Below are positions 54,507-63,480 of a DNA stretch of 64,000 nt, in pieces. The DNA is from OCS116 cluster bacterium AG-390-A19. Its GTDB lineage: Bacteria > Pseudomonadota > Alphaproteobacteria > MED-G09. Where the stretch lies: the NCBI GenBank assembly GCA_003278145.1, contig QCGV01000001.1:11616-75615 (forward strand). Direction: 5' to 3'. The notes below the pieces were generated by a model, which worked only from the letters and a program-made list of their open reading frames with translations, searched no databases and had not been told where the DNA came from. Positions within the stretch are counted from its first letter, which is position 1; every line of letters starts with the position of its first letter. The position numbers were made by a program, and so were the translations under genes.

Positions 54507-55694
54507 ATGAATGGACCTCTAGATGGTGTAAAAGTTATTGATCTATCAACAATTGTATCAGGACCCTTGGCGGGATCTTTATTGGGTGACCAAGGAGCAG
54601 ATGTTATTAAAATTGAGTCACCACTGCGACCTGATAATGCCCGATTTATGGGTCCTATTAGGGGAGAAAATGGAGCATTATTTGCAGCCGCCAATAGATC
54701 AAAAAGAAGTCTTGCTCTGGATTTAAAAAAGGATGGTTCAAAAGAAATCATTTATGAGCTAATTAAAAACTCTGATGTTATAATTGATAATTTTCGTCCA
54801 GGTATTTTAAAGAAACTTGGTCTCGAATATGAGGATGTAAAGAAACATAACCCTAGAATAATTCAGTTATCGATTACAGGGTATGGAGTTGATGGGCCTT
54901 ATTCAAAAAGGCGAGTATATGATCCTTTAATACAAGCAACCGCAGGTATTGCAAATGCTCAATCGATTGACGGAACTCCAAAATTTGTAAAAACATTAAT
55001 GTGCGATAAAATTACTTCTCTTACAGCTGCTCAATCAGTTACTGCAGCACTTTATGCACGAGAAAAAACAGATGAGGGACAAAAAATTAACCTATCTATG
55101 TTAGATACAGCCTTATATTTCTTGTGGTCAGATAATATGTATAACTTTACTTGGTTAGGAGATGGTTGGGAGCCAATTCCAAATATAGCTGACTTTTATG
55201 AGCCTGTTAAAACCAAAGATGGTTATATAGCCCTAGTTGCAATAAATGATGGCGAGTTTGCAGGGGTTTGCAGGGCTATTGATAGAGAAGATTTATTAAC
55301 CGATGAGAGATTTTCAACTATGCAAAATAGAATGATGAATGTCATGGAAATGCAAAAAATTCTCTTGCATGCATATACTTTATTTACTTCTGAGGAGTTA
55401 GTTGCTCGCATGGATGAAAATGATGTTCCTTCAGCAGTAATTAATAAACTTGAGGATGTGATTGATGATCCGCAAGTAAAAAATAATGACTCAATCATGA
55501 AGCTTTCAAGCAATGATAACAATTTAATGCAAAGCCCAAAGTCACCAGCCCAATATAGTTCAACTCCTTGTTCTGATAACCCGAAATTTATGCCAGATCT
55601 TGGCGAGCACTCAAGAGAAATTTTATTAGAAAATGGTTTTTCTGATGAAAAGATTAGAGAGCTCTCTGAAAATCAAATAATAGCTGTCAGATAA
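54507..55694 (+). CDS. CaiB/BaiF family III CoA-transferase
   Basis: 395 aa with N-terminal LDGVKVIDLSTIVSGPLAGSLLGDQGADVIKIE and DNFRPG. Confidence 0.9.
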   Translation: MNGPLDGVKVIDLSTIVSGPLAGSLLGDQGADVIKIESPLRPDNARFMGPIRGENGALFAAANRSKRSLALDLKKDGSKEIIYELIKNSDVIIDNFRPGILKKLGLEYEDVKKHNPRIIQLSITGYGVDGPYSKRRVYDPLIQATAGIANAQSIDGTPKFVKTLMCDKITSLTAAQSVTAALYAREKTDEGQKINLSMLDTALYFLWSDNMYNFTWLGDGWEPIPNIADFYEPVKTKDGYIALVAINDGEFAGVCRAIDREDLLTDERFSTMQNRMMNVMEMQKILLHAYTLFTSEELVARMDENDVPSAVINKLEDVIDDPQVKNNDSIMKLSSNDNNLMQSPKSPAQYSSTPCSDNPKFMPDLGEHSREILLENGFSDEKIRELSENQIIAVR

Positions 55695-56602
55695 TGATAA
55701 GCATTAGAGGAAAAGTTTGGTTTATATTATTAGCTTTAATAAGAAAAAGGATAGGGTCTCTTTTAAAAGTAACAAAATCAAAAAGAATTGGAGCTGCTTC
55801 ACAAAGATGGAAGAAAAATAATAAATTTCTAATTTCTGAGAAATTTCTTGATAAAGCAAAGGTTATTGAATTTGAACCAAAGAATTCTGATAATGAGAAT
55901 GTAATTTTATACCTTCATGGTGGTGGTTATGTTACATGTGGCCCAGAGACTCATGCCTCATTGGTCACGCAATTGTCAGAGTTTACAATGTCTAAGGTTA
56001 TATTTCCGGAATATCGACTAGCGCCAAAGGATCCTTTTCCTGCCGCCATAGATGATTGTTTGATGGTGTATCAAGAATTAATCAGAAACGGCATTGATTC
56101 AAAAAATATTTCACTAGTAGGAGACTCTGCAGGAGGAGGTTTGGTTATGGCTCTTTTACAAATTATTCAGAGAGATAATCTTGATATACCTTCCTCTGCT
56201 GTACTGATCTCTCCTTGGACGGATTTAACATTAAGTGGGGATTCAATGTCTTCAAGAGTTGATCGTGACCCAATGTTAATGCCAGGTAAGGATATGGATT
56301 ATGTTGTTAAGTCTTACTTAGATGGAGAAGATCCTAAAAATCCACTAATATCGTCAATTTTTTGCGAAGATTTAAAATTACCGCCTATGCAAATCCATGT
56401 TGGTACTGAAGAAATATTATTTGATGATTCTTTAAGGTTATTTGAAAAATTATCCACTAGTAATAATGTCAAACTAGAAATTTGGGATGGTATGTTTCAT
56501 GTTTTCAATATTTTCTGCAAAGGATTTCTTGCTATACCTGAAGCAAAAAAGGCAAATTTACAAATAGCAAATTTTATTTCTGAAAATTATCCTAGAAAAT
56601 AA
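55694..56602 (+). CDS. alpha/beta hydrolase, hormone-sensitive-lipase-type esterase
   Basis: 302 aa with oxyanion HGGGY and nucleophile elbow GDSAGG. Its start overlaps the CoA-transferase stop (ATGA). Confidence 0.85.
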   Translation: MISIRGKVWFILLALIRKRIGSLLKVTKSKRIGAASQRWKKNNKFLISEKFLDKAKVIEFEPKNSDNENVILYLHGGGYVTCGPETHASLVTQLSEFTMSKVIFPEYRLAPKDPFPAAIDDCLMVYQELIRNGIDSKNISLVGDSAGGGLVMALLQIIQRDNLDIPSSAVLISPWTDLTLSGDSMSSRVDRDPMLMPGKDMDYVVKSYLDGEDPKNPLISSIFCEDLKLPPMQIHVGTEEILFDDSLRLFEKLSTSNNVKLEIWDGMFHVFNIFCKGFLAIPEAKKANLQIANFISENYPRK

Positions 56603-58029
56603 GGTACTAACTTTATTGCAATTATAGATACCAAAATTATTCCTATAATATTTAATGCTAATCCTGCTCTCATCATTTGATTAATATCAAATAAATTTGA
56701 TCCATATACTATTAAGTTTGGCGGAGTAGCAACAGGAAGCATAAAGGCGCAACTAGCTGCTAAAGTAATTGAGGCTGTAAGAATAAGAGGACTTTCTCCT
56801 AGACCGATCGCCATAGATGCAATTACAGGAAGAAAAACACTTGTTGTAGCTAAATTAGATGTAAGTTCGGTAAGGAAGACTATTAAACATACAGATGCAA
56901 TAACTAGTATTATTAATCCAAACGAACCAAGTGGTTCTAGATTACCACCTAACCAAACTGATAAACCACTATACGATACTGCATTAGCAAGACTTAAACC
57001 TCCTCCAAATAATATTAAAAGATTCCAAGGCACATTTTTTGCAGTCTCCCAATCCATCAATTTTTCATCTTTATTTCCACTTGGTAATAAAAAAAGAGCT
57101 ACTGATGCCACTACAGCAATAACATGATCAGTTAAATTTTGAAGACCAGGTATATTTTGAAGAAAATCTCTTGTTATCCAGGAAAAAGCCGTCAATCCAA
57201 AAATGATTAAGACCCTTTTTTCAGCAACACTCATCTTTCCTAGATTATTGTATCTTTGTTTAATTAGCTCTATAGCTTCGTTATTAGAGGAAAAGTTTGT
57301 TACAAAGATTACTTTTGTAAGAATAAACCAAGTGAGAGGAAGCATTAGTATTGCTAAAGGTAAACCCACCAATAACCAGTTGAAAAAACTGATTTGAATA
57401 TCGTAATTTTCCTCTATAAAACTTGCAAAAACGGCATTTGGAGCTGTTCCGATAAGTGTTGTCATTCCTCCAATGGTGGCTGAATATGCGATTCCTAACA
57501 TTAGGGCAGTTGCGAAGCCATTATTTTTAGTTATATCCTTACCAATATTTTGTTGAGCAATAGTTGCTACTGATATCCCAATAGGAAGAAGCATTAATGT
57601 GGTAGATGTATTCATCATCCACATTGATAAAAAAGCGCTTACACCCATAAATCCAGCAATTAAAGTTGATCCATCTCTTCCCGAATATCTTAAAATTCCT
57701 AAAGCAATTCTCTCATGTAAATTTGACTTCTGGATACTTAATGCAAGTATAAAACCTCCTAGAAATAAAAAGATATTTTTATTTGAAAATGGTAAAGCTG
57801 CTTCTGAGAAAGAAGATATACCAAACATTGGAAAGAAAATCAGAGGAAGTAATGCTGTTATGAAGAGTGGTATAGCCTCTGTAGCCCAAAGTAATGCCAT
57901 TAAAATTCCCACTGCAGCAACTCTCCAAGCTTCTATAGATAGCCCTTCAGGTTTAGGATAAAACAAAATAATTATGAAAGCTGATAATGAGAAAATTACT
58001 TTTAAGTTGATTTGATTAAAATTTATCAT
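56587..58029 (-). CDS. SLC13/DASS family anion:sodium symporter
   Basis: 480 aa, polytopic, with conserved SNxxT-type hairpin motifs (TELTSNLATTSVFLP, GTAPNAV). Confidence 0.85.
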   Translation of the reverse strand: MINFNQINLKVIFSLSAFIIILFYPKPEGLSIEAWRVAAVGILMALLWATEAIPLFITALLPLIFFPMFGISSFSEAALPFSNKNIFLFLGGFILALSIQKSNLHERIALGILRYSGRDGSTLIAGFMGVSAFLSMWMMNTSTTLMLLPIGISVATIAQQNIGKDITKNNGFATALMLGIAYSATIGGMTTLIGTAPNAVFASFIEENYDIQISFFNWLLVGLPLAILMLPLTWFILTKVIFVTNFSSNNEAIELIKQRYNNLGKMSVAEKRVLIIFGLTAFSWITRDFLQNIPGLQNLTDHVIAVVASVALFLLPSGNKDEKLMDWETAKNVPWNLLILFGGGLSLANAVSYSGLSVWLGGNLEPLGSFGLIILVIASVCLIVFLTELTSNLATTSVFLPVIASMAIGLGESPLILTASITLAASCAFMLPVATPPNLIVYGSNLFDINQMMRAGLALNIIGIILVSIIAIKLVPYFLG

Positions 58030-58130
58030 AAGTGAATTTATAACCTAGATTTATATTGAAATATTGTTAATTAATATTAGCTTGTGTGATACTAATTACA
58101 AACATTTTATATTTATGGAGAATAAAGGTT

Positions 58131-59165
58131 ATGGGAAACATGTTAACTAATAGAATGCTTAAATTGAAGACTAGACCAAAAGGTGCCGTTAGTTCAGATA
58201 ATTTCGAATTATCAGAAGAACAAGTACCAGAACTTAAAGATGGTCAAATTTTAGTTAAGGTCCTTTATTTATCTTTTGATCCTACACAGAGAGGCTGGTT
58301 GAATGATGTTAAGTCTTATGTTCCACCAGTACAAATTGGTGAGATAATGAGAGCTAGTTCAGTCGGCCAAATTATTGAGTCCAAAGATGATAATTTTTCA
58401 ATTGGCGATATTGTCATGGGCACTTTTGGTTGGCAGGAATATGCAGCTGTAGATAGTTCCTTTGGATTACTTCCAATTCAAAAATTACCCGAAGGAATCC
58501 CTCACACATCAGCTTTGAGTATTTATGGAATTACAGGATTAACCGCCTTTTTTGGCATGATTGATATCGGCCAACCTAAAGAGGGCGATACGGTTTTAGT
58601 TTCTGGTGCTGCGGGAGCAACTGGGTCTGTTGCGGGTCAGATAGCAAGAATTCACGGGGCTAAAAATGTTATCGGAATTGCTGGCGGATCTGAGAAATGT
58701 GAGTGGGTAGTAAAAGAAGCTGGATTTGATTCATGTATTGACTATAAGAAAGATGATGTTGCTTCAAAATTATTAGAATTGGCTCCAAAAGGTATTGATA
58801 TTTACTTTGATAACGTTGGTGGAAAAATTTTAGAGATTGCTCTTTCGCAAATTGCTCAGAATGCAAGAATAGTGATGTGTGGTGGTATCTCATCTGGATA
58901 CACTACTGAAGCACTTCCTCCAGGGCCATCAACCTTAACAAATTTAATTATTCAAAGAGGAAGAATGGAAGGCTTTATAGTTCTAGACTTTGCCCAACGA
59001 TTTGGCGAAGCAATGATAAAGTTAGGTACTTGGGTATCCGAAGGAAAAATTGTATATCAGGAAGATATTGCTGAAGGCCTAGAAAACTGCCCAGCTACAC
59101 TTGCTCGATTATTTGAGGGTAAAAACTTTGGGAAACAGTTATTAAAAGTTGCTGATCCAGACTAA
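58131..59165 (+). CDS. NADP-dependent oxidoreductase (MDR, alkenal/one reductase YncB/CurA-like)
   Basis: The start moves to ATG 58131, after GGAGAATAAAGG. Motifs: AAGATGSVAGQIAR and C-terminal FGKQLLKV. Confidence 0.85.
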   Translation: MGNMLTNRMLKLKTRPKGAVSSDNFELSEEQVPELKDGQILVKVLYLSFDPTQRGWLNDVKSYVPPVQIGEIMRASSVGQIIESKDDNFSIGDIVMGTFGWQEYAAVDSSFGLLPIQKLPEGIPHTSALSIYGITGLTAFFGMIDIGQPKEGDTVLVSGAAGATGSVAGQIARIHGAKNVIGIAGGSEKCEWVVKEAGFDSCIDYKKDDVASKLLELAPKGIDIYFDNVGGKILEIALSQIAQNARIVMCGGISSGYTTEALPPGPSTLTNLIIQRGRMEGFIVLDFAQRFGEAMIKLGTWVSEGKIVYQEDIAEGLENCPATLARLFEGKNFGKQLLKVADPD

Positions 59166-59232
59166 ATACCAAGATCAGTTTAATTCAATTTTTTAGGAGT
59201 TTTTAAATTTTATTTAATTAAAATTCATTTGA

Positions 59233-60636
59233 ATGAAAATAATAAATAAAATATCAAATTTTTTTTCGAAAAGATCAATTACAGCATCAATTAGAAATAA
59301 ATTGATGATGGATTGGTCTGATGAAAATAAATTTCTTGAAAATAGAGTTAAAAGAGAAAATTTAAGACAATTGGAGAAAAGATCTCATATTGTTTATTAT
59401 TTTCATTCACTGGCAGATCCATATTCATATCTAACTTCTCAAGTATTAGAAAATTTCATTAATAAATATAATATAGAATTGAAGGTGTTATTTGTATCTG
59501 ATCCAAATAATGTTTTTACTCCTGAGAGGAAAATGTTTGATGATTATTGTTTGAGAGATGCAGCAGAATTGGCAAAATATTATGGCTTGAAATTTGAAAA
59601 TGTAGATCAAATTTCTAAAAGTAATATTTTAAGTGCATATAAAATCTTGAATTACTATTATTTTCATAAAAAAATTTCCCAAATTGAATTTATAAAACTA
59701 CTGAAAGAAATTTCATCATACTTATGGTCAAATCAAACCAATAAGTTAAATCAAATAATTTCAAATTTTGATGAAGAAGAAAAAGTTATTTTTAATATTC
59801 AAGAAAATACTCTTTTAGAGGATGGTAACAAAAAATTATCTGATTTTGATTATTACTTTGGCTCTTCCTTTCATTATGAAGGCGAGAACTATTGGGGAAT
59901 TGATAGACTTCATCATTTAGAAGATAGATTAAATGAGTTAAATTTAAATAGACAAAAATCTCATTCCTATATTATTAATCATAAGGATATTAATAATGAT
60001 TTAGAAAACATTGATTTCAGTCAAATAAATCTAAAGCTTGAATTCTTCCCTTCATTAAATAGCCCATACACATACCTGAGCTTTAAAAGAATTAGAGTTA
60101 TTTTTGAAAAGTATCCTATTAAATTTGAGGTAAGACCTGTTTTACCTATGCTTATGCGTAATATGAAAATACCTCCAATTAAAGGTAAATATATTTTATC
60201 GGATGCCGCTAGAGAGGGTAGAAAAAACGGTGTCATAATTAAAAATATTTATTCACCAATTGGTAAACCTGCCGAGAAAGCTTATTCTCTTTTTCCTATA
60301 ATAAACGAGAAGGGTTTTGGTTTTGATTATCTTGAAAAGTTAATGGTTTCATCTTTTTACTATGGGCAAAATATTGGTGAGGATAAATACTTAGAAAAAA
60401 CTGTTTCTGATTTTGGTTTATCTTGGTCAGAATTAAAAAAAGAATTAGCAAATAATGACTGGAGAGAAATACTAAATAATAATTTGGAAGATATGTATAA
60501 AGGTGGTTGTTGGGGGGTTCCAACAATAAAATTATCGAGTATTAATGACGACTATGTTTATTATCAATGGGGACAAGACAGAATTCATTTTATTGAAAAA
60601 GAAATAATTTCCAAGCTCAGTATTAACCTCCAGTAA
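59233..60636 (+). CDS. tandem DsbA-like / 2-hydroxychromene-2-carboxylate isomerase (kappa-GST-like) domain protein
   Basis: 467 aa. Two N-terminal-type motifs (YYFHSLADPYSYLTS near residue 55 and EFFPSLNSPYTYLSF near residue 275) and a C-terminal CWGVPTI block indicate two fused thioredoxin-fold units. Confidence 0.6.
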   Translation: MKIINKISNFFSKRSITASIRNKLMMDWSDENKFLENRVKRENLRQLEKRSHIVYYFHSLADPYSYLTSQVLENFINKYNIELKVLFVSDPNNVFTPERKMFDDYCLRDAAELAKYYGLKFENVDQISKSNILSAYKILNYYYFHKKISQIEFIKLLKEISSYLWSNQTNKLNQIISNFDEEEKVIFNIQENTLLEDGNKKLSDFDYYFGSSFHYEGENYWGIDRLHHLEDRLNELNLNRQKSHSYIINHKDINNDLENIDFSQINLKLEFFPSLNSPYTYLSFKRIRVIFEKYPIKFEVRPVLPMLMRNMKIPPIKGKYILSDAAREGRKNGVIIKNIYSPIGKPAEKAYSLFPIINEKGFGFDYLEKLMVSSFYYGQNIGEDKYLEKTVSDFGLSWSELKKELANNDWREILNNNLEDMYKGGCWGVPTIKLSSINDDYVYYQWGQDRIHFIEKEIISKLSINLQ

Positions 60637-61654
60637 CAGACATATGACGGTCTACAGCTGGCCTTTGATTTCTTTTAGAGATATTAAATTCATGAGCTTT
60701 AGGTTTAATTTTCATAGCTTTATCAATAGAAGAATTTAATTCAGTAATATTTCCAGATCTTAATATCGATCTAAAATCAATATTATCATTTTGGCCAAGA
60801 CACATAAAAAGTTTGCCAGTACTAGTTAATCTAATTCTATTACAATTTGCACAAAAATTATTGCTCAAGGGTGTTATAAATCCAATCAAATTATTGGATT
60901 TATTTGTAGTCTTATATGACGAGGGTCCAGCAGTTTTATAATTAGTTTCTTGAAGTAAATATTTTTTTCTAATTTCTTTTTCTACATCAATTAGCGACAC
61001 ATATTGGTCTATTCTATCTTGATCAGTGAGACCCATTGGCATTGTTTCAATCAAACTAATATCAAAATCATTTTTATGAGCCCATTCAATTATTTCATTT
61101 ATTTCATTAAAATTTTTATTTTTTATTACCACGGTATTTATTTTTATTTTTAAACCATTGTCTTTAGCTGTCATTATACCGTGAATAACATTTTCTAGAT
61201 CATCTCTTCTTGTTATTTGATAAAATTTATCCTTCATCAATGTATCAAGCGAAACATTTATTCTTCTGATACCAGAATCATACAATTGTTTGGACATTTT
61301 ATTTAAGAGACTTCCATTTGTTGTTAGGGTAATTTCTTTTAAATCTCCATATGAAATAAAACGAGAGAGATTTGAAATAAAATCAATTAAACCTTTTCTT
61401 GCAAGTGGTTCGCCTCCACTAAGTCTGATTTTATTTATACCTCTTGCGATAAACAATGAACAAAGATTATCCATTTCTTCAAAAGTTAATAAATCATCTT
61501 TTGGAAGAAACTTCATGTTCTCGGGCATACAATATGTACAACGAAAATTGCACCTATCGGTTACGGATATTCTAAGGTAGTCTATAGTTCTTCCGAAACT
61601 ATCTATAAGTTTTTTATTTTTTTCTGGTGTATTAACAAGAATTTTATTCATCAC
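60623..61654 (-). CDS. moaA: GTP 3',8-cyclase (molybdenum cofactor biosynthesis protein A)
   Basis: 343 aa with radical-SAM CNFRCTYC, second cluster FCANCNRIRLTSTGKLFMCL, and the C-terminal Gly-Gly. Confidence 0.92.
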   Translation of the reverse strand: MMNKILVNTPEKNKKLIDSFGRTIDYLRISVTDRCNFRCTYCMPENMKFLPKDDLLTFEEMDNLCSLFIARGINKIRLSGGEPLARKGLIDFISNLSRFISYGDLKEITLTTNGSLLNKMSKQLYDSGIRRINVSLDTLMKDKFYQITRRDDLENVIHGIMTAKDNGLKIKINTVVIKNKNFNEINEIIEWAHKNDFDISLIETMPMGLTDQDRIDQYVSLIDVEKEIRKKYLLQETNYKTAGPSSYKTTNKSNNLIGFITPLSNNFCANCNRIRLTSTGKLFMCLGQNDNIDFRSILRSGNITELNSSIDKAMKIKPKAHEFNISKRNQRPAVDRHMSVTGG

Positions 61655-61711
61655 TTATACTAACATAAGTGATTTTATTTTAATCACTTTTTTGTAATTA
61701 GAATAAAAAAA

Positions 61712-61876
61712 TTAGTACTTTTTAACAAGTTGATAATGAAACCATAAAACAAATAGTAAATTAATAGGTAACGATAAAAAGAATAGATCAGGCATTGTAT
61801 TAATTAGAGATACAAGACCTATAAATAGAAACATAGTACCGAAAATACACATTGATAATTTAAATAATTCATTCAT
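61712..61876 (-). CDS. hypothetical 54-aa two-TM peptide upstream of moaA
   Basis: MNELFKLSMCIFGTMFLFIGLVSLINTMPDLFFLSLPINLLFVLWFHYQLVKKY, below the track cutoff, ending 57 nt before moaA. Confidence 0.3.
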   Translation of the reverse strand: MNELFKLSMCIFGTMFLFIGLVSLINTMPDLFFLSLPINLLFVLWFHYQLVKKY

Positions 61877-61958
61877 TTTAGAAACTTTCTGATAAATTTA
61901 TATTTTATTAAAGCAAAAAACGTGCCATTAATATTTATCAAAAAAAATAAATATAGAA

Positions 61959-63392
61959 ATGGCTAAATTATCACAAATACCTGGTATAAAATTATCACAA
62001 AATATTGCTTTAACTCCTCAATTAATCCAGGCTATTAAATTATTTGAACTCAATAATTTAGAGCTTGAAGAGTATATAAATAAAGAAATTATTGATAATC
62101 CTTTTCTCGATAAAGATGATGGATCCAATGAAGAGGATGTTAACGATAATTATAATGAAGACAATTTATCAGAAAATATTACATCAATTGAAGATGAAAT
62201 TGATATATCAACTCAGGAAAACCCAATAGATGATCAATCAAATATTTTTGATAATACTTATTCAGGCGAAAATTCTGAAATAACAAATTATATAGAAGAG
62301 ACAATAAGTTCTAAAAAGTCTTTAAACGAGTCTTTGACTGAGCAAGTTAATTTTACTTTTAAAGATGATTTAGAGAAAAAAATAGCTCTTTTATTAATTG
62401 ATAATTTAGAGAGCAGTGGATTTTTAAAAATTTCTCTCAAGGATTTCTCATCTGAGATTGGTATCAGCGAAAAAATAATAAATGATATTTTGGTGAAATT
62501 AAAAAAATTTGACCCTATTGGTGTTTTCTCACAATCATTAGAAGAGTGTTTTTTTTTACAGCTAGAGGATAGAAAACTATTAAATAAGAGAATTGAAAAG
62601 TTGATAAGTAACTTAGAAATTCTAGCTTCAGGAGAAATTAAAAAGTTATCAAAGATTTGTCAAACCGAAGAAAGCGAAGTCTATGAAATGCTAAAAATTC
62701 TGAGGTCATGTAATCCTAGGCCTCTATCATCTTTTGATGAGAATGATCGTAATGATATTAATGAACCAGATATTATTGTAAAAAAAGTTAAATCTAGGTG
62801 GGTTGTAGAGTTAAATGAAAATACTTTACCCAAGGTATTAATAAATACTGGTTATTATGAAGAGCTTGCCTCTAAAAAACTTACAAAGGAAGATAAAGAT
62901 TATTTAGCAACTAGATATGCCTCTGGTAAATGGATGCTAAAAGCATTGGAACAAAGATCTGCAACAATTTTAAGAGTTTCCAGAGAAATTATAGAGCAAC
63001 AAAATTTGTTTCTTGAGAAAGGCCTTGCTTATATAAAACCAATGATTTTAAAAGATATCGCTAAGGAGCTAGACTTACATGAGAGTACTATTTCAAGAAT
63101 AACAAACTCAAAAGAAATTGATACACCTAGGGGTATATATCCTCTTAAATTCTTTTTTTCTAAGGCTATTTCTAGTGATGGTAAGGAGGATATTTCTTCT
63201 CAATCGGTAAAGTCAAAGATAAAAGATTTAATAAATAATGAAACAGATAAAACATTATCGGATACAAAGTTAAAGGATTTACTTAGTGTGGATGGTATTA
63301 AAATTGCTAGAAGAACGATAACTAAGTATAGAGAAGAAATGAATATTCCCTCATCTTTTGAGCGAAAGAAAATTAAAAAACTTAGAATTTAA
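61959..63392 (+). CDS. rpoN: RNA polymerase sigma-54 factor
   Basis: 477 aa with region I LTPQLIQAIKLFELNNLEL, an acidic region II, the HTH and RpoN box ARRTITKYRE. Confidence 0.93.
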   Translation: MAKLSQIPGIKLSQNIALTPQLIQAIKLFELNNLELEEYINKEIIDNPFLDKDDGSNEEDVNDNYNEDNLSENITSIEDEIDISTQENPIDDQSNIFDNTYSGENSEITNYIEETISSKKSLNESLTEQVNFTFKDDLEKKIALLLIDNLESSGFLKISLKDFSSEIGISEKIINDILVKLKKFDPIGVFSQSLEECFFLQLEDRKLLNKRIEKLISNLEILASGEIKKLSKICQTEESEVYEMLKILRSCNPRPLSSFDENDRNDINEPDIIVKKVKSRWVVELNENTLPKVLINTGYYEELASKKLTKEDKDYLATRYASGKWMLKALEQRSATILRVSREIIEQQNLFLEKGLAYIKPMILKDIAKELDLHESTISRITNSKEIDTPRGIYPLKFFFSKAISSDGKEDISSQSVKSKIKDLINNETDKTLSDTKLKDLLSVDGIKIARRTITKYREEMNIPSSFERKKIKKLRI

Positions 63393-63480
63393 ATGTTAAA
63401 ATTGAATGTATAAAATATTTATGCTTATACAATTGTATGTATAACGCTAACAAGATATGTTCTTTGAGAAGAGGATAATT

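Noticed and set aside
60623-61876. The small hydrophobic ORF plus a radical-SAM enzyme as a RiPP-type biosynthetic pair.
   Set aside because: The radical-SAM protein has all the MoaA hallmarks (both Cys clusters, C-terminal Gly-Gly, full-length collinearity with E. coli MoaA). The peptide looks like a two-TM membrane protein, not a precursor with a leader and core.
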